Source: an uncultured bacterium
Lineage (GTDB): Bacteria > Desulfobacterota > Deferrimicrobia > Deferrimicrobiales > Deferrimicrobiaceae
Assembly (NCBI GenBank): GCA_963829245.1
Contig: CAWHIM010000037.1
Coordinates: forward strand, 60,427 to 124,426
DNA: 64,000 nt
Reading direction: 5' to 3'
The notes below the pieces were generated by a model. That model had not been told where the DNA came from, searched no databases, and saw only the letters and a list, made by a program, of their open reading frames with translations. A program made the position numbers and the translations under genes. Below, in pieces: positions 23,504 through 34,296 of this stretch (its first letter is position 1; each line of letters begins with the position of its first letter).

Positions 23504-23518
23504 CGGAAGAGAGCGGGA

Positions 23519-24516
23519 ATGCGCGGAGCGCGGATCATCGGCACGGGGCGGGCTCTGCCTCCGCGCGTGGTGAAGAACGAGGAACTGGCGCAGTCTGATG
23601 GACACGTCGGACGAGTGGATCGTCCAGCGCACCGGGATCCGGGAGCGCAGGTACGTCGATCCAGGGACGGGTTCGTCCCACCTCGGCGCCGAGGCCGCGC
23701 GCAAGGCGATCGCGAACGCCGGGATCACGGTGGACGACATCGACCTGATCGTCTTCGCCACCCTCTCGCCGGATCACGTCTTCCCCGGGAACGGCGTCCT
23801 GGTCCAGCAGCAGCTCGGGATGCGGACCGTGGGCGCCCTCGACGTGCGCGACCAGTGCACCGGCTTCCTCTACGGTCTCTCCGTGGCGGAGGCGTACGTC
23901 AAGGGCGGGTTCCACGACCATGTCCTGGTGATCGGCGCCGAGGTGCACAGCACCGGGCTCGATTTCAGCACGAAGGGGCGCGACGTGGCGGTGATCTTCG
24001 GGGACGGCGCGGGGGCGGTCGTCGTCGGCCCCGCGGAGCCGGGGAGGGGGATCCTCTCTTCCCACCTTCATTCCGAGGGGAAATACGCCAAGGAGCTGTG
24101 GGTCGAAGCTCCCAGCTTTCTCGATAACCCCTGGATCTACCCACGAGATGATCGACGCCGGGAAACATTTCCCGAAGATGAACGGCCGGTACGTCTTCAC
24201 CCACGCGGTCCGGCGCTTCCCCGAGGTGATCCGCGAGGCCCTCGATAAAGAACGGCCTCACCGTATGGCGGACCTCTCCCTGCTCATTCCCCACCAGGCG
24301 AACCTGCGCATCACCCAGGCGGTCGGGGCCGCCCTCCAGCTGCCCGAGGAAAAGGTGTTCTCCAACATCGAGCGGTACGGGAACACGACGGCGGCGTCGA
24401 TCCCGATCGCGCTCGACGAGTGCGTCGAGCAGGGCCGGATCAGGGAGGGGGACATCGTCTGCCTCGCCTCGTTCGGTTCCGGATTCACCTGGGCCTCGGC
24501 GCTTCTCCGCTGGTAG
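23519..24516 (+). CDS. fabH: Beta-ketoacyl-ACP synthase III (several frameshifts)
   Basis: DTSDEWI..RTGIRERR, QCTGF, FGDGAGA, PHQAN, YGNT, FGSGFTW. Confidence 0.9.
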
Positions 24517-24525
24517 CGCGGGGAC

Positions 24526-24984
24526 GTGCGGATCCGGGAGATGGGCCCGTCGGACCTCGACGGCGTGATGGCGATCGAGGAGGTATCCTTCCCGACGCCC
24601 TGGTCCCGGGGGATGTTCATCGAGGATTTCCCGCGCGACTTCTCCGACACCCTGGTCGCGGCGGGGACGGAGGACGAGGTCCTCGGATACTCCGTCTGCT
24701 GGACCATCGCGGGGGAGTCCCACCTGTTGAACATCGCCGTGCACCCCTCGCGGCGGGGGGAGGGGATCGGCCGGGCCCTCCTGTCCGAGTGCATCCGACG
24801 CTCGGCGCGGGCCGGGGCTTCGCTGATCTTCCTGGAGGTGCGCGCCGGAAACGAGGCCGCGCAGCGGCTTTACCGTTCGATGGGGTTCGCGTTCCGGGGG
24901 ATCCGGAAGGGGTATTACACCGACACCGGAGAGGATGCCGTCATCCTCGATCGGGAGGTACGGAAGAGCGATGCCGCACGGTAG
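24526..24984 (+). CDS. rimI: Ribosomal protein S18 alanine N-acetyltransferase
   Basis: IE..SF..PWS, LLNIAV, LEVR..N..A..LY...GF...G.RKGYY...EDA. Confidence 0.9.
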   Translation: MRIREMGPSDLDGVMAIEEVSFPTPWSRGMFIEDFPRDFSDTLVAAGTEDEVLGYSVCWTIAGESHLLNIAVHPSRRGEGIGRALLSECIRRSARAGASLIFLEVRAGNEAAQRLYRSMGFAFRGIRKGYYTDTGEDAVILDREVRKSDAAR

Positions 24985-25788
24985 CCCCCGGTTCGTCCAC
25001 GGGAAGATCCTTCACAACACGGGGAGCGGCATCTTCTACCGGATGGAGGTGGCGATCCCGGAACGGATCGACTTCGTCCCCGGTCAGTTCGCGATGGTCT
25101 CGGGGTGGCCGGGGAACGATCCGCTGCTGCCGCGGCCTCTTGCGATCTTCCGCTCCGGCGGCGTTCGGGGAAAAGGGACCGTCGAGTTCGTGTACAAGGT
25201 CGTCGGGCGCGGTACCGCCCTCCTGTCCGGCCTCCACGCCGGCGATCCTCTCGCCCTCACGCTTCCGCTCGGACACGGTTTCGAGTTCCCCGGCGAGGAC
25301 CGTTCCTGGTGGCTGGTGGGGGGCGGCGTCGGCTTCTCCAGCGTCTTCCCGGCCGCGGCGGCGCTCGATGCGCAACGGGCCGACTTCGAGATCTTCCTCG
25401 GGGCGCGTACCCGGGACCAGCTTCCCCCGGGGAGTGGATCCCCGGCGGCGCCGTTCCGGGCCGGGTGCACCTGTGCACCGACGACGGGACGGCGGGTTTC
25501 TTCGGGACCGCCGCCGCGGCCCTCCGGGACCGGATCGATCGGCGGAAATCCTCCGGGCCGGCGCGCGTCGCAATCCTCGCGTGCGGGCCCCGCGAGATGC
25601 TGAAGGCCATCGCGGAACTCGCCCTCCCCCTCGACATCCGGGTTCAGGTGTCCCTCGAAAGCTCGATGGCGTGCGGCTTCGGCGTCTGCTGGGGGTGCGT
25701 CACGGCGGTTCGGGACGGCGAGAAGTCCGGGTACCGCAGGGTCTGCAGGGAAGGACCGGTCTTCGACGCGAGGGAGGTCGTCTGGTGA
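24971..25788 (+). CDS. pyrK: Dihydroorotate dehydrogenase electron transfer subunit (frameshift ~25430)
   Basis: PGQF, RPL, VVGRGT, PLGHGF, CGP..M, MACGFGVCWGC..C.EGPVF. Confidence 0.88.
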
Positions 25789-26717
25789 CGCAGTCCGTGA
25801 CCCCCGACCTCTCCGCGCGCGTGGGGAGCGTGCTCCTCAAGAACCCGGTGATGAGCGCCTCCGGCACCTTCGGATACGGTCTGGAATTCATGCCGTTCTA
25901 CGACATCTCCCGACTGGGGGCGGTGATCGTCAAGGGCCTGTCCCTCCTCCCGACGCCGGGCAACGCCCCCGGGCGGATCGTGGAGACCCCCGCGGGGATG
26001 CTGAACGCGATCGGCCTGCAGAACATCGGGGTCGAGCGGTTCGTGAACGAGGTGGCGCCGCGGCTGGACGACGCCGGCGCCGTGTACGTCGCGAACATCT
26101 ACGGACGCACGATCGAGGAGTACGAGGCGGTGGCGCGGCGGCTCTCCGATCTCCCCGCGCTCGCGGCGATCGAGCTGAACGCCTCCTGCCCCAACGTGAA
26201 GGAGGGGGGGATCGCCTTCGGTTCGAACCCCGAGGGGCTTTCCGGACTCACCCGGCGGGTGCGCGCCGCCACGGGGAAGCCGTTGTGGGTGAAGCTCTCC
26301 CCGAACGTGTCGGACATCGGCGAGATCGCGCGCGCGGCCGAGGAGGCGGGGGCCGACGCGGTGACCCTCATCAACACCATCGTCGGGATGGCGGTGGACC
26401 CCCGGACGCGCCGGCCGATGCTCTCCAACGTGACCGGAGGCCTCTCCGGCCCGGCGGTGAAGCCGGTGGCGCTTCGGATGGTGTGGGAGGCGTGCAAGGC
26501 GGTGAAGATCCCGGTGGTCGGGATCGGGGGGATCCAGAGCGCCGGGGACGCCCTCGAGTTCCTGCTGGTGGGCGCCGCCGCGGTGCAGGTGGGGACGGCG
26601 AACTTCCGCAACCCGAACGCGTGCGTCGAGATCGTCGACGGGATCCGGGATTTTTTCGTCCGGGAGAAGATCTTCCGCCTCGACGACTACCGCGGGACGC
26701 TCCTCCTGCGGGAGTAA
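25785..26717 (+). CDS. pyrD: Dihydroorotate dehydrogenase family 1B catalytic subunit
   Basis: KNPVMSASGTFG, MLNAIGLQN, ELNASCPN, VKLSPN, GGLSGPAVKP. Confidence 0.94.
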   Translation: MTQSVTPDLSARVGSVLLKNPVMSASGTFGYGLEFMPFYDISRLGAVIVKGLSLLPTPGNAPGRIVETPAGMLNAIGLQNIGVERFVNEVAPRLDDAGAVYVANIYGRTIEEYEAVARRLSDLPALAAIELNASCPNVKEGGIAFGSNPEGLSGLTRRVRAATGKPLWVKLSPNVSDIGEIARAAEEAGADAVTLINTIVGMAVDPRTRRPMLSNVTGGLSGPAVKPVALRMVWEACKAVKIPVVGIGGIQSAGDALEFLLVGAAAVQVGTANFRNPNACVEIVDGIRDFFVREKIFRLDDYRGTLLLRE

Positions 26718-26780
26718 AAGAAATGTGTTGTGGGGAACGCCGGTTTCCCTGTAGTATGATGGGGTTTAGGGCTTGGAAAC

Positions 26781-26804
26781 GTGGGCTGGAGCCCACTTTT
26801 TTTT
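26781..26804 (+). promoter_or_regulatory. rimP-leader attenuator hairpin
   Basis: GTGGGC-TGGA-GCCCAC followed by T8, between a -10-like TAGTATGAT and the rimP start. Confidence 0.75.
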
Positions 26805-26820
26805 CCTTACTCGTGTGAAT

Positions 26821-27303
26821 ATGGACACCTTGAAGATCGAGGCGCTGGCCGGGGAAGTCGCCCGGGATCTGTCCCTTTCCCTGTTCGACGTCGAAATCGC
26901 AAGGGAAGGGCCGAGGACTATCCTCCGGGTATTCGTGGAGCGTGAGGGCGGGGTCCCTCTTTCCGACATCGCGACGTTCAGCCGCCGTTTCGGCGCGATC
27001 CTCGAGGTCGACGATCCCATGGACGGCCCCTACGTGCTCGAGGTTTCCTCTCCCGGGGTGACCCGGCGGCTGCGGCGGCCGGAGCACTTCGAACGGTCCC
27101 TGGGGAAGCGGGTCCGGGTGAACCTCACGGTGCCGCGGGAGGGCCGGCGACACCTCGTCGGAGAGCTCTCCGGCTGCGACGGCGAGGGGATCGAGGTTGT
27201 GGCGGACGGGACGACGTATCGGGTGCCGTACGGGGAGATCCGGAAGGCGACCCTGGATGTGACGCAGGAAGAACTCTTCGGGAAGGGAAAGAAAACGCGA
27301 TGA
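26821..27303 (+). CDS. rimP: Ribosome maturation factor RimP
   Basis: YVLEVSSPG..R.L....F....G..V; upstream of nusA. Confidence 0.92.
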   Translation: MDTLKIEALAGEVARDLSLSLFDVEIAREGPRTILRVFVEREGGVPLSDIATFSRRFGAILEVDDPMDGPYVLEVSSPGVTRRLRRPEHFERSLGKRVRVNLTVPREGRRHLVGELSGCDGEGIEVVADGTTYRVPYGEIRKATLDVTQEELFGKGKKTR

Positions 27304-28541
27304 TCCTGGACGTGGGACAGATCATTGCCCAGCTGGGCAAGGAAAAAGGGATCGACAAGGCCGTCATCGTCGCGGCGATCAAGGAAGCCCTCGAGACCGC
27401 CGCCCGGAAGAAGTACGGGATGAACAAGATCCTCGAGGCGACCTACGATTCCGACACCGGGGAGTTCGAGATCCTGTCGTTCCGCACGGCGACGGAGACG
27501 GTCGTCGACCCCGACACGCAGATGACCCTCGAGGAGGCGCAGGTCCTCGACCCCGAGGCGCAGGTGGGCGACAGCCTCGGCGAGCGGCTGAGCACCAAGG
27601 ACCTGGGGCGGATCGCCGCCCAGACGGCGCGCCAGATCATCATGCAGAAGGTGAAGGATGCGGAGCGCGAGGTCATCTACAACGAGTTCATCGGCCGGAA
27701 GGGGGAGATCCTGAACGGCATCGTGCAGCGGTACGAGCGCGACTGCCTCGTCATCGACCTCGGGAAGACCGAGGCGATCATGCCCCCGTCGGAACAGATT
27801 CCCCGCGAGCGATACCGCCAGGGCGACCGGATCCGGGCCTACATCAAGGACGTCACCAAGACGTCCCGGGGTCCGGAGATCCTTCTCTCGCGGGCCGACC
27901 CGAGGGTGATCCTCAAGCTCTTCGAACAGGAGGTTCCCGAGGTCTACGAGGGGGTGGTCTCCATCCTCAGCGTGGCGAGGGAGCCCGGCTTCCGCACCAA
28001 GATCGCCGTGCGCTCCAGGGACCGGGACGTCGACCCCGTCGGGCGCGTGCGTCGGCATGAAGGGGTCCCGCGTGCAGAGCGTCGTGCAGGAACTTCGCGG
28101 CGAGCGGATCGACATCATCGCCTGGGACGAGGACCCCGCCCGGTTCGTCTGCAACGCCCTTCAGCCGGCCGAGATCATCCGGGTGCTCGTGAACGAGTCC
28201 GGGAAGAGCATGGAAGTGGTCGTTCCCGAGGAGCAGCTGCTTCTCGCCATCGGGAAGCGGGGGCAGAACGTGAAGCTCGCCTCCAAGCTGGTCGGCTGGC
28301 ACATCGAGGTGCGGGCCGAGGGGCAGGTCGAGGACGCCCTGAAGCGGGCGGAGGGGCTGTTCACGAAGAAGCCGGAGGGCATGGCCGCGGAGGTCCCGCC
28401 GCCCGAAGGCGAGCCCTCCGTAGCGCCCGCTGCGGAGAGGTGCGGCGGACGGCGAAGGCGGGCGAGCCCTCCGAAGCGCCCTCCGGCAGGAGGGTACGGA
28501 TCGTCGAGGCGAAGGACGGGAGCGAGCCCACCAAGGAGTAG
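27300..28541 (+). CDS. nusA: Transcription termination/antitermination factor NusA (frameshifts ~28042 and in the tail)
   Basis: [48 protein letters not shown]. Confidence 0.93.
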   Translation: MILDVGQIIAQLGKEKGIDKAVIVAAIKEALETAARKKYGMNKILEATYDSDTGEFEILSFRTATETVVDPDTQMTLEEAQVLDPEAQVGDSLGERLSTKDLGRIAAQTARQIIMQKVKDAEREVIYNEFIGRKGEILNGIVQRYERDCLVIDLGKTEAIMPPSEQIPRERYRQGDRIRAYIKDVTKTSRGPEILLSRADPRVILKLFEQEVPEVYEGVVSILSVAREPGFRTKIAVRSRDRDVDPVGRVRRHEGVPRAERRAGTSRRADRHHRLGRGPRPVRLQRPSAGRDHPGARERVREEHGSGRSRGAAASRHREAGAEREARLQAGRLAHRGAGRGAGRGRPEAGGGAVHEEAGGHGRGGPAARRRALRSARCGEVRRTAKAGEPSEAPSGRRVRIVEAKDGSEPTKE

Positions 28542-28544
28542 CGC

Positions 28545-28821
28545 TTCGGGGCCGCAGCGCACCTGTGTGCAGTGCGGCGCCGTCCGGGATAAGGGCGGGC
28601 TGCTCCGGATCGCGGGGAAACCGGGGGTGGGCTGGACGCCCGACCCGGGGGGGAAGCTGCCGGGCCGGGGGATCTATCTCTGTCCCGTCGGGGAGTGCGT
28701 CGATCGGTTCGCGGCGAGGATACGAACGCCGAAGGGCGGGGCCCGCTGGAAGATGGGTGTCGCAGGCAAGGAACTGGCGGACCGTCTGGCCGCATCGCGG
28801 CACGGCGGGCAGGAAAGGTAG
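28545..28821 (+). CDS. ylxR: YlxR/DUF448 (RnpM) family protein
   Basis: PQRTCVQC...LLRI...PGRGIYLC..C; start probably TTG masked by an extra C after AAGGAG. Confidence 0.8.
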
Positions 28822-28832
28822 AGGGGGAGTGG

Positions 28833-31317
28833 ATGGACAAGGTTCGCGTACGTGATCTGGCCAAGGAACTCGGGATGGAAACCAGCAAGGAGGTCCTTGC
28901 CTTCCTGGAGCGGATCGGCGTCAAGGGAAAGTCGGCGTCCAGCAATCTCGAGGGGGAGATGATCGACCGGGTCAGGGCCCATTTCCGGAAACCCGCTCCG
29001 CCGCCGCCGCCGCCCCGCACCACCACGTTGACCCGCTCCGACGGGGTGCTGGAGCGCCGTTCCAAGAATGTGATCCTGCGCCGCGGGGCTCCGACCCCGC
29101 CCCCCGCCCCCGAGCTGCCCCCCGAAGAGCCGCCCGCGCCCCCCGTGGTCGTCGAGGAGACGGCGCCGCCCGTCGTCGAGCCCGTCGCCGCCGCCGAAGT
29201 CCCGGCGGGAGCGCCGCCGGAAAAGGTCGCCGAGCCGATGATCGAGCCGCCGATCCCGGAGCCGACGGTTCGGGTGATCGAAAAGCCCGCCGCGCCCCCC
29301 AAGCCGGAGGATGTGCGGAAAGAGAAGGAAAAGAAGTGGAAGAAGACGAGGCCGCACGAGAAGAAGGTGCAAAAGGCGGTCCTCAAGCAGACGATCATCC
29401 AGGAAGTCCTCGCCGAGCCGGAGGCCGACGCGAAGAAGGCGGAAGGCGTCACGCCCGCGCCCGAGGTCGTGGTGCGGCAGTTCCAGCCCGGCCGCGCCGC
29501 GAAGAGGAGGGGGGGGCGGCCCGTACGCGAGAAGAAGGCCCCCTCGACGGTCCCGCCCAAGGCGAGCAAGCGGCTGCTGAAGATCGAGGAGGTCGTGACC
29601 GTCGGGGACCTGGCCCATCGCATGGGAGTCAAGGCCGCCGACGTCATCAAGAAGCTGATCGAGATGGGGATGCCCACCACCGTCAACCAGCTCCTCGACG
29701 CCGACACCGCCGCGCTCCTCGCGCAGGAGTACGGTTTCGTCGTGGAAAACGTCGCCCCCGAGGTGGAGAGGTTGATCGACCAGGAGGAGGACCGCGCGGA
29801 AGACCTTCAGCCGCGGCCACCGGTGGTCACCATCATGGGGCACGTCGATCACGGCAAGACCACGCTGCTCGACGCCATCCGGGAGAGCAACGTCACCGGG
29901 TCGGAGGCGGGCGGGATCACCCAGCACATCGGGGCCTATGAAGTGGAGCATAACGGCCGGCGGGTGGTCTTCCTCGACACGCCGGGCCACGAGGCGTTCA
30001 CCTCGATGCGCGCCCGGGGCGCCTCCGTGACCGACATCGTCATCCTCGTGGTCGGGGCGGACGACGGCGTGATGCCGCAGACGGTGGAATCGATCGACCA
30101 CGCCAAGGCGGCGGGGGTGCCGATCGTCGTCGCGGTGAACAAGATCGACAAGCCGGGCGCCCAGCCCGACCGGATCCGTCAACAGCTCTCCGGCCACGGC
30201 CTGAATCCGCGAGGAGTGGGGCGGACAGACGCTCTACGCGAACGTCTCCGCGAAGAAGAAGGTCGGCATCAACGAGCTCCTCGAAATCGTCCTCCTGCAG
30301 GCGGACGTCCTCGACCTCAAGGGGAACCCGACGAAGCTCGCCCGCGGCACGGTCATCGAGTCGCGGCTGGAGAAGGGGCGCGGTCCCGTCGCCACCGTCC
30401 TGGTGGCGGACGGAACGCTGAAGGTGGGCGACGCCATCGTCACGGGGATCCACTACGGGCGTGTCCGTTCGCTGCTGAACCACAAGGGGAAGCGGCTCGA
30501 CGAGGCCCCTCCCGGGACCCCCGTCGAGATCCAGGGGCTGTCCGGCCTGCCGGATGCCGGCCAGAAGTTCGCCGTCCTGAAGGATGAGCGCACGGCGCGG
30601 CAGATCGCCCTCCACCGGGGCGAGAAGGAGCGGGAGCGCGCCGTGGTGCGCCCGCGGATGAGCCTCGAGGATCTGCACAAGCAGATCGACGAGGGGCTGG
30701 TGAAGGAACTGAACATCGTGATCAAGTCCGACGTCCAGGGATCGATGGAGGCGCTCCGGTTCTCCCTCGACAAGCTGGCCGACGTGAAGGTCAAGGTCGC
30801 CGTCATCCACTCCGGCGTCGGGGGGATCTCCGAGTCCGACGTGATGCTCGCCTCCGCTTCCTCCGCCGTGATCATCGGGTTCAACGTCCGGCCCGAACCG
30901 AAGGCGGCCGTGCTCGCGGAGCGCGAGGGGGTCGACATCCGGCTCTACTCCGTCATCTACGACGTGGTGGACGACGTGAAAAAGGCGATGGAGGGGCTCC
31001 TCGATCCCACCCTCAAGGAGGTCGTCCTGGGCCGGGCCGAGGTGCGCAACATGTTCCACATCTCCAAGATCGGCACGATCGCCGGCTGCAGCGTCCTGTC
31101 GGGAAAGATCGCCCGCGGCGCGAACATCCGCCTCCTTCGGGACAGCGTGGTCGTGTACGAGGGGAAGCTCTCCTCCCTGAAGCGGTTCAAGGACGACGTC
31201 AAGGAGGTCGCGGAGGGGTACGAGTGCGGCCTCGGGATCGACGGGTACAACGACCTCCAGGTGGGCGACCATATCGAGGCGTTCGTGATCGAGAAGATCG
31301 CCGGCACGCTGGCGTGA
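28833..31317 (+). CDS. infB: Translation initiation factor IF-2 (frameshift ~30209)
   Basis: [51 protein letters not shown]. Confidence 0.96.
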
Positions 31318-31341
31318 CGATTTCCGGGCGGGGGAATCGCG

Positions 31342-31647
31342 TTGCTGGTGGCGGTCCTGATCGCGGAGCTTCTCTTCCCGGACGCGGCGTCCCTCAAGGA
31401 CAAGCGGCGGCGCCTCGTGGGCCTCGTCGCGCGGATCCGCGCCAACTACCCCGTATCGGTCGCCGAGGTGGGGGGACAGGATCTCTGGCAGCGGGGGACC
31501 GTCGGCGCGGCGCTGGTCACCACCGACGGGCGGCTCGCCCGGTCGATGCTCGACCGGATCGCCGGCGGGATCGGCCGCGACGGCGAGGTGGAGCTTCTCT
31601 CCTCCCGCGTCGAGTTCTTCCATCCCGAGGGGAGCGAAACGGAATGA
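31342..31647 (+). CDS. DUF503/YlxP family protein
   Basis: SLKDKRR, VSVAEV..QDLWQR; typical position after infB. Confidence 0.85.
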   Translation: MLVAVLIAELLFPDAASLKDKRRRLVGLVARIRANYPVSVAEVGGQDLWQRGTVGAALVTTDGRLARSMLDRIAGGIGRDGEVELLSSRVEFFHPEGSETE

Positions 31648-32015
31648 AGGGTCGCGGCGACCGCCCCGCGCGTGTCGGTGAGAGGATCCGGGAAGAGCTC
31701 TCCCTCCTCCTGCTGCGGAAGGTGAACGACCCGGGGCTGGCGCCGGTCACCGTCACCGAGGTTTCCGTGACGAAGGACCTTCGGATCGCCCACGTGAATT
31801 ACTCCGCTCTCGTCGCGCCGGAGGAGCGCCCGGCCGTGGCCAAGGCGCTCCGTCGGTCCTCCGGATTCCTGCGGCGGGAGCTCGGCCATCTCCTCGGCCT
31901 GCGGTACGCCCCCGAACTGCAGTTCCACTACGACGACTCGTTCGACCGCGGCGCCCGGATCGACGCGATCCTCCGCGATATCCCGGAGGGGAAGGAGGGT
32001 CCGGATGAGGGGTGA
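31644..32015 (+). CDS. rbfA: Ribosome-binding factor A
   Basis: R..RV...IREEL, DP....VTVT.V.V..DL, GFLR, LRYAPEL.F..D.S. Confidence 0.94.
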   Translation: MKGRGDRPARVGERIREELSLLLLRKVNDPGLAPVTVTEVSVTKDLRIAHVNYSALVAPEERPAVAKALRRSSGFLRRELGHLLGLRYAPELQFHYDDSFDRGARIDAILRDIPEGKEGPDEG

Positions 32016-32967
32016 CCTCTCCGCGATCTGCCGGGTCCTGCGGGAAAAGGACCGCTTCCTCATCGCCTGCCACGAAAATCCGGAAGGGGACGCGATCGGG
32101 TCCGAGCTGGCGCTCGCCCTCGCCCTGCGGAAGATGGGAAAGACCGCGACGGTGCTGAACGCCGACCCGGTTCCCGGCAACCTTCTCTTCCTTCCGGGGG
32201 CCGGCACGGTCGTCTTCGCGGAGGACGGTTCGAAGTACGACGTGGCGGTCGTGGTGGATTGCGGCTCTCCGGAGCGGACGGGGCGCGTCGGCCAGGAGCT
32301 GCGGAAGTGCCCCCTGCTCGTCAACATCGACCACCACCGGACGAACGGCGATCTCGGGGAACTCGCCCTGGTCGATCCCGCCGCCGCCGCGACGGGGCTC
32401 CTCATCCACCGGGTCCTCTCGGCGATGGGGTACGAGATCGGCCTCGACGTGGCGACCAACATCTACGTCGCCGTCCTCACCGACACCGGGTCGTTCCATT
32501 ACGGGAGCTCTTCGCCGGAAGCGTTCGAGGTGGCCGGGGAGATGGTCCGCCGGGGAGTCGATCCGTGGGCCGTGGCGGAGCAGGTGTACGAGACGCAGAG
32601 CGCCCTCCGTCTCCGGCTGCTCGGCCGGGTGCTCGATTCCCTCGAGGTTTCCGCCGACGGAAGGGTCGCCTGCATCACCACGATGCGGGAAGACCTGCGG
32701 GAGTTCGCCGCCGGGAAGGACGCCCTCGAGGGATTCATCAACTACCCCCGCTCCATCGTCGGTGTCGAAGTCGCCGTCTCCTTCCGCGAGGAGGAGGGGG
32801 ACGTCTTCCGCGTGAGCTTCCGCTCCAAGGGGCGCGTCGACGTCTCCGCCGTCGCCGCCCGGTTCGGCGGGGGAGGGCACCGCAACGCCGCCGGATGCAC
32901 CGTCCCGGGGACCCTCGCCGACGTGAAGAAGAGGGTGCTCGAGGCGCTCGCGGCCGTGTTGTCGTGA
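32005..32967 (+). CDS. nrnA: DHH/DHHA1 oligoribonuclease / pAp phosphatase
   Basis: HENPEGDAIGS, VVDC, NIDHH, TDTGSF, SFRSKG, GGGGH..AAG. Confidence 0.88.
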   Translation: MRGDLSAICRVLREKDRFLIACHENPEGDAIGSELALALALRKMGKTATVLNADPVPGNLLFLPGAGTVVFAEDGSKYDVAVVVDCGSPERTGRVGQELRKCPLLVNIDHHRTNGDLGELALVDPAAAATGLLIHRVLSAMGYEIGLDVATNIYVAVLTDTGSFHYGSSSPEAFEVAGEMVRRGVDPWAVAEQVYETQSALRLRLLGRVLDSLEVSADGRVACITTMREDLREFAAGKDALEGFINYPRSIVGVEVAVSFREEEGDVFRVSFRSKGRVDVSAVAARFGGGGHRNAAGCTVPGTLADVKKRVLEALAAVLS

Positions 32968-33856
32968 CGGCGGGGGTGCTGGTCGTCGACAAGCCCCAGG
33001 GGATCACCTCCTTCGACGCGGTCCAGGCCGTGGGCCGGATCCTCAAGGAGCGGAAGTGCGGCCACGCCGGCACCCTCGACCCGATGGCCACCGGCGTCCT
33101 GCCGGTGTGCGTCGGAGCCGCCACGAAGATCGCGGGCTACCTCACGGAGGAAGAGAAGGAGTACGAGGCGGCGTTCGCGTTCGGCGTCGCGACGGATACC
33201 GGCGACGCCACGGGGAAGCCCGTGGAGGAGCGTCCCGGGGCAACGGCCACGGAAGGCGCCGTGGCGGAGGCGCTGGCGGCTCTGGTGGGGACGTTCGAGC
33301 AGGTCCCCCCGGCGTACTCCGCGGTCAAGGTGGGCGGCGTGCGCTCCTACACGCTCGCGCGGAAGGGGATGGAGGTTCCTCTCGCGGCGCGCCGGGTCAC
33401 GGTCCGCGAGGCGCGGCTCCTCTCCATCGGGCCGGACCGGTTCCGGGTGTTCCTCGCCGTGTCGAAGGGGTTCTACGTCCGGTCGCTGCCGCGCGATCTG
33501 GGCGCGCGTCTCGGGGTTCCGTTGACGGTCTCGGAGCTGCGGCGTACCCGGGTAGGGCCGTTCCGCGCGGAGCAGGCGGTGACGCTGGACGCGCTGCGCG
33601 AACGGGCGCGGGGCGTCGACGCGGCACTCCCTGCTCATCCCGATCGTCGATGCGCTCGGGCGGTTCCCGCACTGGGAGGTGCCGGCGGAGGCGATCTCCC
33701 AGGTGCGCAACGGACGGCTTTCCGGTCCGTGGCTGGTCGAACGCGCCGCGGCTTCGAGCGGGGGATCTCGCGCTGCTGGTGACTTCGCGGCGGGAGCCGC
33801 TGGCGATCGTCGGCCGGGATCCGACGGGGCTTTGGAAAATCGTTCGGGGCATCTGA
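32964..33856 (+). CDS. truB: tRNA pseudouridine(55) synthase (frameshifts in the 3' part)
   Basis: DKPQGITS, GHAGTLDPMATGVL, QVPPAYSAVK, KG.YVRSL..DLG. Confidence 0.92.
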
Positions 33857-33885
33857 TTTACATACGGGATCGGATATGGTATAAA
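33857..33885 (+). promoter_or_regulatory. Sigma70 promoter for rpsO
   Basis: TTTACA-17-TATAAA with TG extension. Confidence 0.65.
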
Positions 33886-33945
33886 TTAATTCCTCAATAA
33901 AAACGGAACATTCTCGACGCAACGAAAGGAGAAAGGCAAAAGGTC

Positions 33946-34215
33946 ATGAGTCTGGTCACCGAGAAAAAGAGCGACATCATCGGAAAGTTCCGTGTGCATG
34001 ACACGGACACCGGTTCCCCCGAGGTCCAGGTCGCGCTCCTGACGGAGCGGATCAACATGATCACGGACCACCTCAAGATCCACTCCAAGGACTTCAGCAC
34101 GCGACGGGGCCTGCTCAAGCTGGTCGGGCAGCGGCGGCGCCTGCTGGATTACCTGAAGTCGGTGGAATCGATGCGGTACAAGGCCCTTCTGGAGACGCTC
34201 GGCCTTCGCAAGTAG
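33946..34215 (+). CDS. rpsO: 30S ribosomal protein S15
   Basis: [31 protein letters not shown]. Confidence 0.98.
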   Translation: MSLVTEKKSDIIGKFRVHDTDTGSPEVQVALLTERINMITDHLKIHSKDFSTRRGLLKLVGQRRRLLDYLKSVESMRYKALLETLGLRK

Positions 34216-34296
34216 TCCCGGCATCGCTCCAGAAATTTCCGCCAACACAATCCGCGGTCCCCACGGGGGGCCGCTACGAGAAGGGAATCCATCACT

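Noticed and set aside
28408-28481. 21-nt direct repeat in the nusA tail
   Set aside because: Encodes a duplicated GEPSxAP in a low-complexity tail; only two units and not CRISPR-like.
28057-28821. Apparent NusA-YlxR fusion, ylxR with no start codon
   Set aside because: Removing one C gives AAGGAG-N6-TTG GGG CCG, a normal start; the NusA tail also carries indels.
28990-29310. Pro/Glu/Ala-rich repetitive stretch
   Set aside because: Ordinary variable N-terminal linker of IF-2.
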